A stretch of 64,000 bases of DNA from contig CBDCEW010000079.1 of NCBI GenBank assembly GCA_965215885.1, positions 1 through 64,000 of the forward strand. The letters run 5' to 3'. Both the position numbers and the translations under genes were made by a program. This stretch comes from Candidatus Moanibacter sp. (GTDB taxonomy: Bacteria > Verrucomicrobiota > Verrucomicrobiia > Opitutales > UBA2987). The notes under the pieces were generated by a model that saw only the letters and a list, made by a program, of their open reading frames with translations, had not been told where the DNA came from and ran no database searches. The number at the start of each line of letters is the position of its first letter. The first letter of the stretch is position 1. Positions 9,507-20,582 of this stretch are shown piece by piece.

Positions 9507-10688
9507 TCAGCTGGCGTGGATTTTGAAGAAGATCCTTTTTCCGGCCTGGACGATTGTCTCTCCGGCTGGTTTACGGATCGCTTTATTCGGGTCTGTGCAG
9601 CGTTCCGAGTCGACTTTTACGGCGCCCTGTTCCACCAGGCGTCTAGCTTCTCGTTTGCTGGGGAAAAGCCCGCTTGCGCCTAGTAGATCGATAAGTTTGG
9701 CGTTTTCGGTGGGCGACAGTTCGTTCCAGGAAAAAGAAGGCATTTCGTCTGGGATTCCTTCCTTGCTGAATACCTTCTCAAACTGCTCCATTTCACGCTG
9801 CGCAATTTCGGAATCATAGTGTGTGGCGGTGAGGCGCAGGGCGAGTTCTCGTTTTGCCACCAAAGGATGCTCCGCCTGGAGGCACTCAATCTGACTATCG
9901 GTTGTTCCCAAGAGCAGTCTGTAGTAGTCCCACATGAGGGGGTCGTTCAATGACATGATTTTTCCAAACATCTCTTTCGGCGAGTCATTGAACGCGATAT
10001 AATTATCGAGGCTCTTCGACATTTTCTTGCTCCCGTCCAAACCGACAAGGAGAGGCATGGTAAGGACAATCTGTTCCTTAAGGCCGGCTTCCCTTTGCAG
10101 GGTACGACCGACGAGAAGATTAAAAAGCTGATCGGTTCCACCCAGTTCCACATCGGCCTCGACCATAAGGGAGTCGTAGCCCTGGAGGAGAGGATAGAGA
10201 AATTCAACGATGGAAATCGGATTATTCTTTTCATAACGATTTGAAAAGTCATCGCGTTCCAGCATACGGGCTACGGTCATCTTTCGCGCCAGCTGGAGGG
10301 CGGCCTCGAATCCGAGTTTGTCAAACCATTCGCTATTGTGACGCACGGTCGTGCGTTGCCGGTCGAGAATCTTGAAGGCCTGGTCGAGATAGGTTTCCGC
10401 GTTTCGATCGACTTCCTCTCTGGATAGGACCGGGCGAGTGGCAGACAGACCGGATGGATCTCCCACCAGAGTCGTAAAGTCGCCGATGATGAGAATTGAC
10501 TGGTGTCCCAGTTCCTGGAATTCCCGGAGTTTGATCAATTGCACCATGTGGCCGAAGGTGAGGTCTGGACGTGTCGGATCGACACCGAATTTTACATTGA
10601 GGGGACGATCCCCTGCCAGGCGAGCGGAGAGTTCCTCATGGGAAATCATATCCACCGCATTTTGACTGATTATTTCAATCGGCTCCAT
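9507..10688 (-). CDS. tyrS: Tyrosine--tRNA ligase
   Basis: KFGVDPT..DLTFGH (HIGH-like), ELGGTDQLFN, KKMSKS; C-terminal S4 domain. Confidence 0.97.
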   Translation of the reverse strand: MEPIEIISQNAVDMISHEELSARLAGDRPLNVKFGVDPTRPDLTFGHMVQLIKLREFQELGHQSILIIGDFTTLVGDPSGLSATRPVLSREEVDRNAETYLDQAFKILDRQRTTVRHNSEWFDKLGFEAALQLARKMTVARMLERDDFSNRYEKNNPISIVEFLYPLLQGYDSLMVEADVELGGTDQLFNLLVGRTLQREAGLKEQIVLTMPLLVGLDGSKKMSKSLDNYIAFNDSPKEMFGKIMSLNDPLMWDYYRLLLGTTDSQIECLQAEHPLVAKRELALRLTATHYDSEIAQREMEQFEKVFSKEGIPDEMPSFSWNELSPTENAKLIDLLGASGLFPSKREARRLVEQGAVKVDSERCTDPNKAIRKPAGETIVQAGKRIFFKIHAS

Positions 10689-11022
10689 TCAAACGATCCT
10701 ATCGAGATTTAGGTGGAAGCATGATTCACAGGCTGTTTTCCTCTTCAAGACAATTGGGAATCTAATATCTGAAATCGAGAAGAAGAGAAGATCGACGGGA
10801 GATCACGACGAAGAGACTCCAGCCAACTTTGATCGTAGTCGAAAAATAAATGCAGGAAATCGACCAGGAGTTTACGGTTGCGATTGGAGGAAAAATTGAA
10901 TCTGCTAGCGGGAAGTTAGAATCAGATTGGAAGTAATAAGCATTTCAAAGAAAGAGAGAACGAATTGTTCAGTTGGGATCCGTAATAGCTCAACTCATTA
11001 ATCGACAAAGGAGGAAAGTATA

Positions 11023-11499
11023 ATGGCATTGCAGAAAGGTGAAAAGGCGCCCGATTTTACTCTAAAGAGGAAGACGGCGGAAGGCTTGGAGGATGTAAGT
11101 CTGAGCGGGAATATCGGAACCAGGCAGACGGTGCTGCTCTTCTTTCCCCTGGCTTTTACCGAGGTCTGTACCAACGAAATGTGCGATGTGAGCGAAAATC
11201 TGGGCGAGTATGACTCCCTGGAAGCGTCGGTATACGCCATCAGTGTGGACAGTCCGTTTACTCAGGAAGGTTGGGCCCAGGCGAACGGCATTTCTCTTCC
11301 CATCCTGAGCGACTTCAATAAGGAGGTCTGCAGAGCCTACGATGTGATTTATGAAGATCTGATAGGATTGAAAGGAGTCGCCAAGAGGTCTGCCTTCGTG
11401 ATCGACAGAGATGGCGTTATCACCTACAGCTGGTCTTCGGACGACCCGCACAATCTGCCACCCTTTGACGAGATAGTGACCGCACTGCAGCCGGCTTAA
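11023..11499 (+). CDS. Peroxiredoxin (AhpC/TSA family)
   Basis: [15 protein letters not shown] peroxidatic motif; AGGAGG RBS upstream. Confidence 0.92.
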   Translation: MALQKGEKAPDFTLKRKTAEGLEDVSLSGNIGTRQTVLLFFPLAFTEVCTNEMCDVSENLGEYDSLEASVYAISVDSPFTQEGWAQANGISLPILSDFNKEVCRAYDVIYEDLIGLKGVAKRSAFVIDRDGVITYSWSSDDPHNLPPFDEIVTALQPA

Positions 11500-11513
11500 G
11501 GAAGGCAATTGCT

Positions 11514-14273
11514 ATGGGGCAACTGGCCGATCCATTGAAATCGCTTTCACGGTTTGAGAGTGGTTCGTATTCCGGTTCGATCTATTCCCTGCCGGCGTTG
11601 GAGGAAGCCGGATTGGGAGAGATATCACGCCTCCCGGTAAGCATTCGAATCGTTCTGGAATCAGTCCTTCGGAATTGCGACGGGCAACGCATCACAGAGA
11701 AGGATGTGAAGACGCTCGCGTCGTGGAATGCGGCCAGCCCGGGGCCTGCCGAGATCCCTTTTGTCGTATCGCGAATCCTTCTACAGGATTTTACAGGGGT
11801 GCCGCTTCTGGTCGACCTGGCGGCGATGCGCGATGCGGTCGATAGACTGGGTCACGATCCTTCGATAATTGAGCCCCTGGTTCCTGTCGACCTGGTGGTG
11901 GATCATTCCATTCAGGTGGACCGGTCGGGTTCGGCGGAGGCATTTTCCGAGAACCTGAAAATCGAATTCGAACGCAACCTGGAGCGCTACCAGTTTCTCA
12001 AATGGGGTCAGGACGCGTTCGAGACATTTCGAGTGGTGCCACCCGCGATCGGAATCGTGCACCAGATAAACCTTGAGCATCTGGCTCGAGTAGTCTTTGC
12101 GAGTGAAGCAACGGAGGCGCGCGTATTCTATCCGGATACACTTGTTGGGACCGATTCACACACCACCATGATAAATGGGCTGGGGGTTGTCGGCTGGGGT
12201 GTCGGCGGCATCGAGGCGGAAGCGGGGATGCTGGGACAGCCGGTCTATATCTTGACACCTGAAGTAATTGGCGTGCATCTCACGGGCGAGCTTCGAGAGG
12301 GGGTCACGGCTACCGATCTCACACTGCGGGTTACGCAGCTGTTACGCGAGGAGAACGTGGTAGGGAAATTTGTCGAGTTCTTTGGTGATGGCGCAGCGAA
12401 TCTGCCCGTAGCCGACCGTGCAACGATTGCCAATATGGCTCCCGAATACGGCGCTACAATGGGCTTTTTCCCAATCGATGAAAAGACGCTCGATTATCTT
12501 GAAATGACAGGTCGACCGGAGCAACAACGTCGGTTGGTGCGGGATTACTACGAAGCGCAAGGACTGTTCGGTATGCCTCGAACTGGAGAAGTGGACTATT
12601 CGAAGAGTCTCGATCTGAAACTGGAATCGATTGTGCCAAGCGTGGCAGGGCCCAAGAGACCTCAGGATCGAATCGATGTTCCTGATCTGAAGGCAGCCTT
12701 TTCGGACCTCCTTCTTAAGAGCAGTAATGACGGGGGGTATGAGATCGCTTCGGAAGAGGTAGGAGTGCGCCTTCCGGTGCATCTGAATGGAGGAGGAACA
12801 GAGAATGACGGAGGAGGTAGTTCTGTAGCCGTTGCAGAGCCGGAAATCGGACATGGTTCGGTATTAATTGCGGCGATTACGAGTTGTACGAATACAAGCA
12901 ACCCGAGCGTGATGATTGCGGCCGGGCTACTGGCAAAGAATGCGGTTGAGCGTGATTTGGAAGTAGACAAGACAATAAAGACGAGCCTTGCACCCGGTTC
13001 GCGTGTGGTCACGGAATATCTGGAGGCAACCGGTCTACAACATTATCTGGATACTCTCGGGTTTAATCTGGTCGGTTATGGATGTACGACTTGTATTGGA
13101 AACAGCGGGCCGCTCGCTCCCTCGATTGAATCCGCTATTAGAGAGGGCGAGTTGGTGACAGCGAGCGTCCTATCGGGAAATCGGAACTTTGAGGCTCGAA
13201 TTCACTCTTCCATAAAAGCGAATTTTCTCATGTCCCCCCCTCTGGTGGTGGCTTACGCATTAGCCGGTCGAGTGGATATCGATCTCGAAAGGGAACCGCT
13301 GGGCAGGGACGGGGAAGGGAATCCCGTCTATCTGCGTGAAATTTGGCCGACGCAGTCCGATATCCGGGAAAAGATCACGATGGGTCTGGAGCCAGAGATG
13401 TTCCAACGGAGGTACTCCAATATTCTGGAAGCCAATCCGCAGTGGAAGAGCATTTCGAGCGGAGAGGGAACGCTCTACAGTTGGGAGCGTGATAGCACCT
13501 ATATTCAACATCCACCCTATTTCGAAGGGTTTGAGATGGAGCCGAGTGAAATCCGCGAATTTCATGATATGCGCGCGCTGGCATTGATGGGTGATTCCGT
13601 CACCACCGACCACATTTCTCCGGCGGGTGCGATTCCCCCGGATGGACCGGCCGGGAAGTATCTGATCGAGCACGGAGTCGAACGGAAGGATTTTAACTCA
13701 TTTGGTTCGAGGAGAGGCAACGATCGTGTCATGACCCGAGGGACCTTTGCCAACGTGCGATTTAAGAACCGTATGGCCGGCGGGCGTGAAGGGGGCTGGA
13801 CTCGATTGATGCCGGAAGGAGAACTCATGCCCATTTATGATGCCTGTGAGATCTATCGGGAGAGAAATGTCCCCTTGATTGTGTTTGCGGGAATTGATTA
13901 CGGGATGGGCAGTTCTCGAGATTGGGCGGCAAAGGGAGCCGTTCTTCTTGGGGTAAGGGCGGCGGTAGCATGTAGCTTCGAACGCATTCATCGGAGCAAT
14001 CTTATCGGTATGGGGGTTCTGCCTCTGCAATTTATGAATGAGGAGAGTGCTGATTCGCTGGGTCTCGATGGGTCGGAGCGATTTTCATTACTCGGCCCGA
14101 TGGATAGTCTTCAACCGCTGCAGGAGGTCGTTTTGAAGATCGAACGCACAGATGGCACGGTCGATCAGGCCGATCTTCGCGTGCGGATCGATACACCAAT
14201 CGAAGTTGAATACTACCGCCATGGCGGGATCCTTCAGTATGTCCTGAGGTCCATAGTGAAGGCCTCCAGTTAG
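11514..14273 (+). CDS. acnA: Aconitate hydratase A
   Basis: [52 protein letters not shown]. Confidence 0.97.
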   Translation: MGQLADPLKSLSRFESGSYSGSIYSLPALEEAGLGEISRLPVSIRIVLESVLRNCDGQRITEKDVKTLASWNAASPGPAEIPFVVSRILLQDFTGVPLLVDLAAMRDAVDRLGHDPSIIEPLVPVDLVVDHSIQVDRSGSAEAFSENLKIEFERNLERYQFLKWGQDAFETFRVVPPAIGIVHQINLEHLARVVFASEATEARVFYPDTLVGTDSHTTMINGLGVVGWGVGGIEAEAGMLGQPVYILTPEVIGVHLTGELREGVTATDLTLRVTQLLREENVVGKFVEFFGDGAANLPVADRATIANMAPEYGATMGFFPIDEKTLDYLEMTGRPEQQRRLVRDYYEAQGLFGMPRTGEVDYSKSLDLKLESIVPSVAGPKRPQDRIDVPDLKAAFSDLLLKSSNDGGYEIASEEVGVRLPVHLNGGGTENDGGGSSVAVAEPEIGHGSVLIAAITSCTNTSNPSVMIAAGLLAKNAVERDLEVDKTIKTSLAPGSRVVTEYLEATGLQHYLDTLGFNLVGYGCTTCIGNSGPLAPSIESAIREGELVTASVLSGNRNFEARIHSSIKANFLMSPPLVVAYALAGRVDIDLEREPLGRDGEGNPVYLREIWPTQSDIREKITMGLEPEMFQRRYSNILEANPQWKSISSGEGTLYSWERDSTYIQHPPYFEGFEMEPSEIREFHDMRALALMGDSVTTDHISPAGAIPPDGPAGKYLIEHGVERKDFNSFGSRRGNDRVMTRGTFANVRFKNRMAGGREGGWTRLMPEGELMPIYDACEIYRERNVPLIVFAGIDYGMGSSRDWAAKGAVLLGVRAAVACSFERIHRSNLIGMGVLPLQFMNEESADSLGLDGSERFSLLGPMDSLQPLQEVVLKIERTDGTVDQADLRVRIDTPIEVEYYRHGGILQYVLRSIVKASS

Positions 14274-14320
14274 CCCGCTTTTCTCAGAGATTTCCGGGTC
14301 TGTCGGGAACACACCGCATC

Positions 14321-15022
14321 ATGTCTCTATTCATAATGGGTGTCGTCATCGGTTTGCTGGCGGGTGCGATATTTTACTTTCTATCCCGGAAGGAAATCAC
14401 ACGGCTCGACGAGGAAAATCAGCTTCTCCATGAGGAGAGCAAGATCGTCCTCGATTTCGCCCACAATATGGCGGAAGCGATAGGCGAAGGAGTCGATCGA
14501 CGGGAAATTTACCAACTTATCCTTCATGCGGCGATTCTTAATAGCGGTGCCCTGAGCGGTTGTGTCTATGAGAAAGGTGAAGAGAATCGCCTGACCGGTG
14601 CGGCGGTGGAAGGCCTCTTTCCGCCTCAGCGGTCTCTCGACGAGAAGGTATTGGAAGAAACGACTACAAGGGCGGCATTCATCGAAAAAGTGTTGCGCTC
14701 TGAGAGCTTTGAGATGGGTGAGGGGATAATCGGTTCGGTGGCCAAATCCGGACAGGGTTTTATTATCGCCGACGCAAAAAGTGATTCGCGGGTGTGCCGG
14801 CACAAGGACCCTTCCATTGTGATTCATTCTCTAATCGTTGTCCCGATACGTTTCAAGGAGAGGAATTTCGGTATCCTGGCGGTAGCCAATCCGTCAAGCG
14901 GTTTAGCCTTCGACGAATCAGACTTTTCCCTGGTCGATTCCCTGGGGGTAGAGGCAGGGCTGGCGATTCACAGTTCGAAACTGATGAATCCGCAGATTGA
15001 GAAGGATAAATTCGACTCTTGA
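14321..15022 (+). CDS. Membrane-anchored GAF-domain protein
   Basis: N-terminal TM helix; GEGIIGSVAKSG, SLIVVPI and F..SD GAF motifs. Confidence 0.8.
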   Translation: MSLFIMGVVIGLLAGAIFYFLSRKEITRLDEENQLLHEESKIVLDFAHNMAEAIGEGVDRREIYQLILHAAILNSGALSGCVYEKGEENRLTGAAVEGLFPPQRSLDEKVLEETTTRAAFIEKVLRSESFEMGEGIIGSVAKSGQGFIIADAKSDSRVCRHKDPSIVIHSLIVVPIRFKERNFGILAVANPSSGLAFDESDFSLVDSLGVEAGLAIHSSKLMNPQIEKDKFDS

Positions 15023-16912
15023 ATGACCCTGGAAACCGATAGTGTGCCGAATTCAAAGATGGAAGCGCGAGAGAAGGCAAAGCTTTGGATTTACGGTCCG
15101 ATTTCTGACCTTCTTGTTGGATGCGGAGCGTGGACTCTGCCCCTGCTTGCTATAAACTACATCGGGACTCAGCATTCCTTTGTGGCAACAGCCTTGTGTT
15201 TCTACATCCTGGCGATTTTCTGCAACAATCCCCACTTCATGGCCACAATTTATCGTGCCTACGGAACCAGAGCCGATTTTCAGAAATACCGCATATTTAC
15301 CGTCTATATTACCGTATTCATGATCCTTACGGCGGTAGTTGTCCATTGGAAACCGCAGTTGCTCCCGCTACTCTTTACTACATATCTGATCTGGAGCCCC
15401 TGGCATTATACGGGACAGAACTTTGGCCTTGCCTTGATGATGGCGAGGCGGGCCGGTGCGCAGCCTTCGAGGAGGGAGAGAAACCTCATCTACGCATCCT
15501 TTCTGGCTTCCTATTTGCTTTGGGTGGTAGCGCTAAACTCGGGCCCATCCCAAGACCCGCGAATACTGTCACTGGGAATACCCCTGGTTCTTTCGAAACC
15601 GACCCAGGTTGCATTGGCGTTTGTTTTCTTCGGGGCTGGACTCTATGGGTTCTACAGGCTCATTCGCAAAACGGGGTTCAAATCGGTATTGGGTGCCCTG
15701 GTACTATTTTCAACCCAATTCCTTTGGTTCGTCCTACCCAATATAGTCCCGTATTTTGTGGAAGTGAATCTACCCGCCTATTATTACAGCGCAGGGATTC
15801 TGGCTTTTATGCATTGCGCTCAATATTTGTGGATTACCTCCTACTACGCGAGGCGTGAATTGGAGGCGGGGAGAAGCCGCAGAAACACTGAATTCAAAGC
15901 ATGGAGGTACTATCTCACTCTCGTTTTGGGTGGAATCATGCTCTTTATACCTGGACCCTGGCTAGTCAGCAAACTCTTCCAACACGATCTTCTCGAAAGT
16001 CTCCTCATTTTTATGGCGCTGGTTAACATCCACCACTTTATTCTCGACGGTGCCATCTGGAAGCTGCGCGATGGTAAGATTGCCCAACTCTTGCTCGGGA
16101 GAGCGCATGCTCAGGGAGATAGAGGGCGCGTTGAGTTGGAACCATTGCTCGGGTGGCTCATCGGCAAAACGCTTCCGGCGCGTGCATTCCGGATTTTGGG
16201 CGCTGCCGCGATTGTTGGTATCGGGTATGTCGATCAGTTACAGTACTACTTGACCTTACAAACGACCACCTTCGAAAAACTGGAGACGGCGGAGCGCCTC
16301 AACCGGAACGATAGTCGCGTTTACTTTCGACGGGCAAAGTTGCTGAGGGTGAACGGGAATGAAGAGGCGGCGATGGAGCAGCTTAATAATGCAATAAGGG
16401 TCAATCCCTACAATTTCCCTCCTCAGGAGATGAAGGGTGAACTGTATGCGCGCCGCGGTAAGATTGAGGAAGCGTTTCAACACTATGAGCGTATGGGAGC
16501 GCTCTTTAAACCGATGGCTGGAATATTGCTGAATGCGGGAGTCTTCGCCGCTCAGCTGGGAGATCCTGAAAAGGCCGTTGAAAAATACAATAAGGCGCTC
16601 CAGCTGGATCCCGAAAACTTTGAACTCTACCTTTACCTGGCTGAAGCGCACTCCGCTTTGGGCGAATTTGGGGGCGCAGCGGAGAATTATGAGTCCTACA
16701 TCATAAAGCTCGAAGCGAAGGGGCTGAATACGGAGTCACCGGAAAAATTCCTTCTTGTAGAATTGAAATTGGCTGAAGCCTACGAAGTTGACGGTAATTC
16801 TCAGGAAGCGTTATGGTGGTACCGGGCGGTGGCGGCGCAGGCACAGTCGGACACGCTTGAGGAGATACGCTTCGAGGTCGAACGCCGGATCGAGGAAATT
16901 ACGGAAAAATGA
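15023..16912 (+). CDS. Multi-pass membrane protein with C-terminal TPR repeats
   Basis: Roughly 10 hydrophobic segments with conserved-looking His motifs; TPR pattern (A...Y.KAL.LDP). Confidence 0.8.
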   Translation: MTLETDSVPNSKMEAREKAKLWIYGPISDLLVGCGAWTLPLLAINYIGTQHSFVATALCFYILAIFCNNPHFMATIYRAYGTRADFQKYRIFTVYITVFMILTAVVVHWKPQLLPLLFTTYLIWSPWHYTGQNFGLALMMARRAGAQPSRRERNLIYASFLASYLLWVVALNSGPSQDPRILSLGIPLVLSKPTQVALAFVFFGAGLYGFYRLIRKTGFKSVLGALVLFSTQFLWFVLPNIVPYFVEVNLPAYYYSAGILAFMHCAQYLWITSYYARRELEAGRSRRNTEFKAWRYYLTLVLGGIMLFIPGPWLVSKLFQHDLLESLLIFMALVNIHHFILDGAIWKLRDGKIAQLLLGRAHAQGDRGRVELEPLLGWLIGKTLPARAFRILGAAAIVGIGYVDQLQYYLTLQTTTFEKLETAERLNRNDSRVYFRRAKLLRVNGNEEAAMEQLNNAIRVNPYNFPPQEMKGELYARRGKIEEAFQHYERMGALFKPMAGILLNAGVFAAQLGDPEKAVEKYNKALQLDPENFELYLYLAEAHSALGEFGGAAENYESYIIKLEAKGLNTESPEKFLLVELKLAEAYEVDGNSQEALWWYRAVAAQAQSDTLEEIRFEVERRIEEITEK

Positions 16913-17446
16913 AGCCGCAACCAGACTGGTAGGTCCTTCCGAGAAGAAGAGAATTGAACAACAGGATACCCCTTTGGCGGAGCTCAGGGCAGGAGAGAGA
17001 AAGAGACGGAACCACGAATGAACGCGAATGGACGTAGCGCAGCGTAGCCGCAACCAAGAAAGAAAAAGAGAACCGGTCTGCCGTACGGCAGACCACGCAA
17101 ATGGACGCGAATGAAGAAGAATTGACCACGGATTCGAGCCGTCTTCGCTGTGCTGCGCCGAGCCAGGGAAAACCGCGGGTTGAGAAAGTCAAATCCCGGC
17201 TTTGAATACCAGTCTTTTGTATTCAAAAACTTGCTTGAAATACAAGAAGCTGAAGGGATTGTAGTAGGGAAGAGCGGGTTGCGAAATTGTCGGAGTGAAA
17301 CTGAGTTACTCTTCCGAAGTAGGCACAAAGTCCGATCCCGGCTTACAGGTGCGCGTTTGATGCAAAACGCGTCCTCCAATGATGTTGGGTAAGATTGGGG
17401 AGAAAGATGCCTCGACGCCATTTCATTGACTGTGGTAGGGAAGAGA

Positions 17447-18673
17447 ATGAAGAAAGCGGTAGAGAGTGCGAAAATTGACCGATTCGCGCTTCCGGATGAG
17501 AGCGGGCATTTTGGTCTCTATGGTGGTATGTATGTACCGGAAACGCTCATGACAGCCCTCTACGAACTGTCTGATGCTTATTCCGAAGCATCGAGAGATT
17601 CGGATTTCAAAAGAGAGCTCAATCGCCATTTGAAAACCTACGCCGGACGGCCGTCAGAGCTCTACTTCGCGGAACGACTCACGGAAGAGCTTGGGGGCGC
17701 CAGGATCTATTTCAAACGCGAAGATCTTTTGCATACGGGAGCTCACAAGATAAACAACTGCCTGGGGCAGGCATTGCTGGCGCGTCGTATGGGGAAGAAG
17801 AGAATAATCGCGGAAACCGGCGCCGGGCAGCACGGCGTTGCGACCGCCGCGGTGTGCGCAAAATTCGGATTGGAGTGTGTTGTATACATGGGTTCGGTAG
17901 ACATGGAAAGACAGGCTCTAAACGTATTTCGAATGGAACTTTTGGGGGCCGAAGTACACGCTGTCGAGGCCGGCCAGAAGACACTGAAGGAGGCTATCAA
18001 TGAAGCCATGAGGGATTGGGTAACGAATGTGCGTTCGACACACTACATCCTGGGTTCCGCACTGGGTTCGCATCCTTATCCCATGATGGTGAGAGATTTC
18101 CATCGCGTCATCGGATTGGAGACGCGCGACCAGATTCTCGAGAGAGAGGGAAGGTTACCGGACGAGATAGCGGCATGTATTGGTGGAGGGAGCAATGCAA
18201 TGGGGATTTTTTGGGATTTTCTGGAGGAGGAAAGCGTTCGATTAGTCGGCATCGAAGCGGGGGGCCGTGGGATCTCACCCGGCGATCATGCGGCCCGATT
18301 CGCGGGCGGTCGAATCGGCGTATTGCACGGGTGCCGGACCTATCTTCTCCAGGACTCTGACGGGCAGATCGAGTTGACCCATTCGCTTTCGGCCGGTTTG
18401 GACTACGCAGCTATCGGGCCGGAACACGCCTACTATCATGATCTGGGAAGGATAGATTATGGCTATGCCACCGATGAGGAGGTTTTGGTGGCGTTCAAAC
18501 TGGCTTCGAGCACAGAGGGAATAATTCCAGCCCTGGAATCCACCCATGCTCTGGCCTACGCACTGAAACGCGCGCCCCGGATGGACCGGGATCAGATCCT
18601 GATTCTAAATTTGAGCGGCCGTGGAGACAAGGATGTAGAGCAGGTGGCGAAAATTCTCAGGCAAGGAAGTTAG
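17447..18673 (+). CDS. trpB: Tryptophan synthase beta chain
   Basis: [41 protein letters not shown]. Confidence 0.97.
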   Translation: MKKAVESAKIDRFALPDESGHFGLYGGMYVPETLMTALYELSDAYSEASRDSDFKRELNRHLKTYAGRPSELYFAERLTEELGGARIYFKREDLLHTGAHKINNCLGQALLARRMGKKRIIAETGAGQHGVATAAVCAKFGLECVVYMGSVDMERQALNVFRMELLGAEVHAVEAGQKTLKEAINEAMRDWVTNVRSTHYILGSALGSHPYPMMVRDFHRVIGLETRDQILEREGRLPDEIAACIGGGSNAMGIFWDFLEEESVRLVGIEAGGRGISPGDHAARFAGGRIGVLHGCRTYLLQDSDGQIELTHSLSAGLDYAAIGPEHAYYHDLGRIDYGYATDEEVLVAFKLASSTEGIIPALESTHALAYALKRAPRMDRDQILILNLSGRGDKDVEQVAKILRQGS

Positions 18674-18675
18674 GG

Positions 18676-19548
18676 ATGAATAGCATGACTGGTTATGGCC
18701 GTGGGACGGCGTCCGGTAACGGCCTGGAGCTTGTAGTGGAGTTGACTTCGGTCAATCGAAGAAGCCTCGATATCGCGTTTTCGCTTCCCAGAGAGTGGCA
18801 GGGTTTGGAACGCCCTCTAGGCGAGCGGATACGGAAGAGGATCCAGCGAGGGAGGGTGCAGGCGACAGTGCAGATAGAGAGGGGCGGTCAAGAAGAAGCG
18901 ATACAATGGGATGAGGAGCGGGTCGCCCTGACATTGAGCCGGTTAGCGGATCTGGCGGAGGCGCAGGGAATTTCCTTTGAGCCCGATGCACAGGTGTTGT
19001 ATCAAATCGCGGCGGCCCATCGCGCGGCGGCCGACCTGCCCTCACCCGATGAGATTCTGTCTCTGGCCACAGGAGCCGTGAATGAGGCGCTCGACCAATT
19101 GGCGAATATGCGATTGAAAGAGGGAAAGGCTTTGGAGACGGATTTAAGGGAGAGGTGTAAGCTGCTTCTGAAGCGAATCGAAGAGGTGCGGGCTGAATCC
19201 GGCGAGGTGGTGCCGAACTATCGTGAGGAACTTATGCGGCGACTTAAACTGGCGGGCCTGGATCTGGATCTGGATGATGAACGCGTGCTCAAGGAGATCG
19301 CGATTTTCGCGGATCGCTGCGACATTTCAGAGGAGATAACCCGAGTGGAAAGCCATCTCGAACAATTTAGAATGAGTCTGGGTGAGGAGAGACCAATTGG
19401 TCGAAAACTTGAGTTCATTCAACAGGAGCTGAACCGTGAATTCAATACGATCGGCGCGAAGGCGAACTGCCTCGCTATCACCCGCGCGGTAATCGAGGCG
19501 AAAAATGATATCGAGCGAATCAGGGAGCAGCTGCAGAATGTTGAATGA
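18676..19548 (+). CDS. yicC: YicC/YloC family endoribonuclease
   Basis: MNSMTGYG, GRKLEFIQQELNREFNTIGAK, IREQLQNVE. Confidence 0.95.
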   Translation: MNSMTGYGRGTASGNGLELVVELTSVNRRSLDIAFSLPREWQGLERPLGERIRKRIQRGRVQATVQIERGGQEEAIQWDEERVALTLSRLADLAEAQGISFEPDAQVLYQIAAAHRAAADLPSPDEILSLATGAVNEALDQLANMRLKEGKALETDLRERCKLLLKRIEEVRAESGEVVPNYREELMRRLKLAGLDLDLDDERVLKEIAIFADRCDISEEITRVESHLEQFRMSLGEERPIGRKLEFIQQELNREFNTIGAKANCLAITRAVIEAKNDIERIREQLQNVE

Positions 19549-19662
19549 AGTAGGAAGCTGTCGGACATTGCGTTCTAAATTCGCCGAAAGAGTCAGCTAT
19601 CTGGGTGCGTTCGTGGAATGCGGGCGATTCGACCACCGACATCTTCCTAGTCCTGCGATATG

Positions 19663-20352
19663 CTAAACTTCCTCTTCTTCGGCGATGGACATAGTGTAGA
19701 AGAATTGCTCGAAGCTCCTCCTGGCTATATCCAATTTGTCAACCGGTCCTGAAAAGCTACCCACGATAAGATCGCCCTCCGCAAGGAGGAAATATTCGTA
19801 ATGGACAGTTCGCCCGGCTCCGCCGGGAGCGACAAGGGAATAAATGACGACGCGGTTGAGTCGATCGAGAGGTTGAGTGGATTGACCGGTGGGGCGATAG
19901 TTACCGTCGTCGTTGAGGATCTGAACGCGTTTCTTGTACTTGATCTTGAGGCCTTCGATATAGCCCTTGATTGCCTCGCGCTCGATATCGGGAAGAAACT
20001 CGTCTTTCTTATACAGGCTCAGAGAACAGGTGACTTTTCGGTCACCCCGGAAATAGAAGCTTATGGAAGTTGCCGGATCCGGCCTGCGTGACCAGGCGTT
20101 GGGAACTGCCGTCATGATCTCGAATTTCGGTGTTTGAATTCGAAAATCCTCTCCATCCAGACCATCCATGAAAAACTTGTTCACTCTGGATGAGAAGGGT
20201 GTGCGTGGAGTGGCGGGCTTCATGTATAACGGCCCATCGTATTCCTCCTCTTCTTCCTGCGCCTGGGCCCAGGTGAGGCTGCCGAGAATCAGGCTGGAAA
20301 TACCTGTCAGGAACAATAAGCGGTTCAGAATCCCCAAACTTGATGTCTTCAT
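19663..20352 (-). CDS. Exported hypothetical protein, paralogue A
   Basis: Signal peptide (AQA) then poly-E; highly similar to 29385-30074. Confidence 0.8.
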   Translation of the reverse strand: MKTSSLGILNRLLFLTGISSLILGSLTWAQAQEEEEEYDGPLYMKPATPRTPFSSRVNKFFMDGLDGEDFRIQTPKFEIMTAVPNAWSRRPDPATSISFYFRGDRKVTCSLSLYKKDEFLPDIEREAIKGYIEGLKIKYKKRVQILNDDGNYRPTGQSTQPLDRLNRVVIYSLVAPGGAGRTVHYEYFLLAEGDLIVGSFSGPVDKLDIARRSFEQFFYTMSIAEEEEV

Positions 20353-20447
20353 CGGATCTATAGTGCTTTTAATTATCTTGATTGTTAATACTCCGTAGAT
20401 CTTAGCGGAATGAATATCGTTGCCGCTGGAGCGGTAGCGTTGGTGAT

Positions 20448-20525
20448 GTCCGGATTCTTGCGAATCCGGCTACGCAATCCTGGTAAGTCGTTCATAACTG
20501 TAGCCGGATTCGCAAGAATTCGGAC
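20448..20525. repeat. REP-like inverted repeat pair
   Basis: GTCCGGATTCTTGCGAATCCGGCTAC ... GTAGCCGGATTCGCAAGAATTCGGAC. Confidence 0.7.
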
Positions 20526-20582
20526 CCATTTGACCATTGGCCTTCAGCTGCGAACAGGAGCCCTATAAGCGTCAGGACAATA

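Noticed and set aside
16913..17420. Small ORFs or a trp attenuator before trpB
   Set aside because: No Trp-rich leader peptide; the sequence is low-complexity intergenic repeat.
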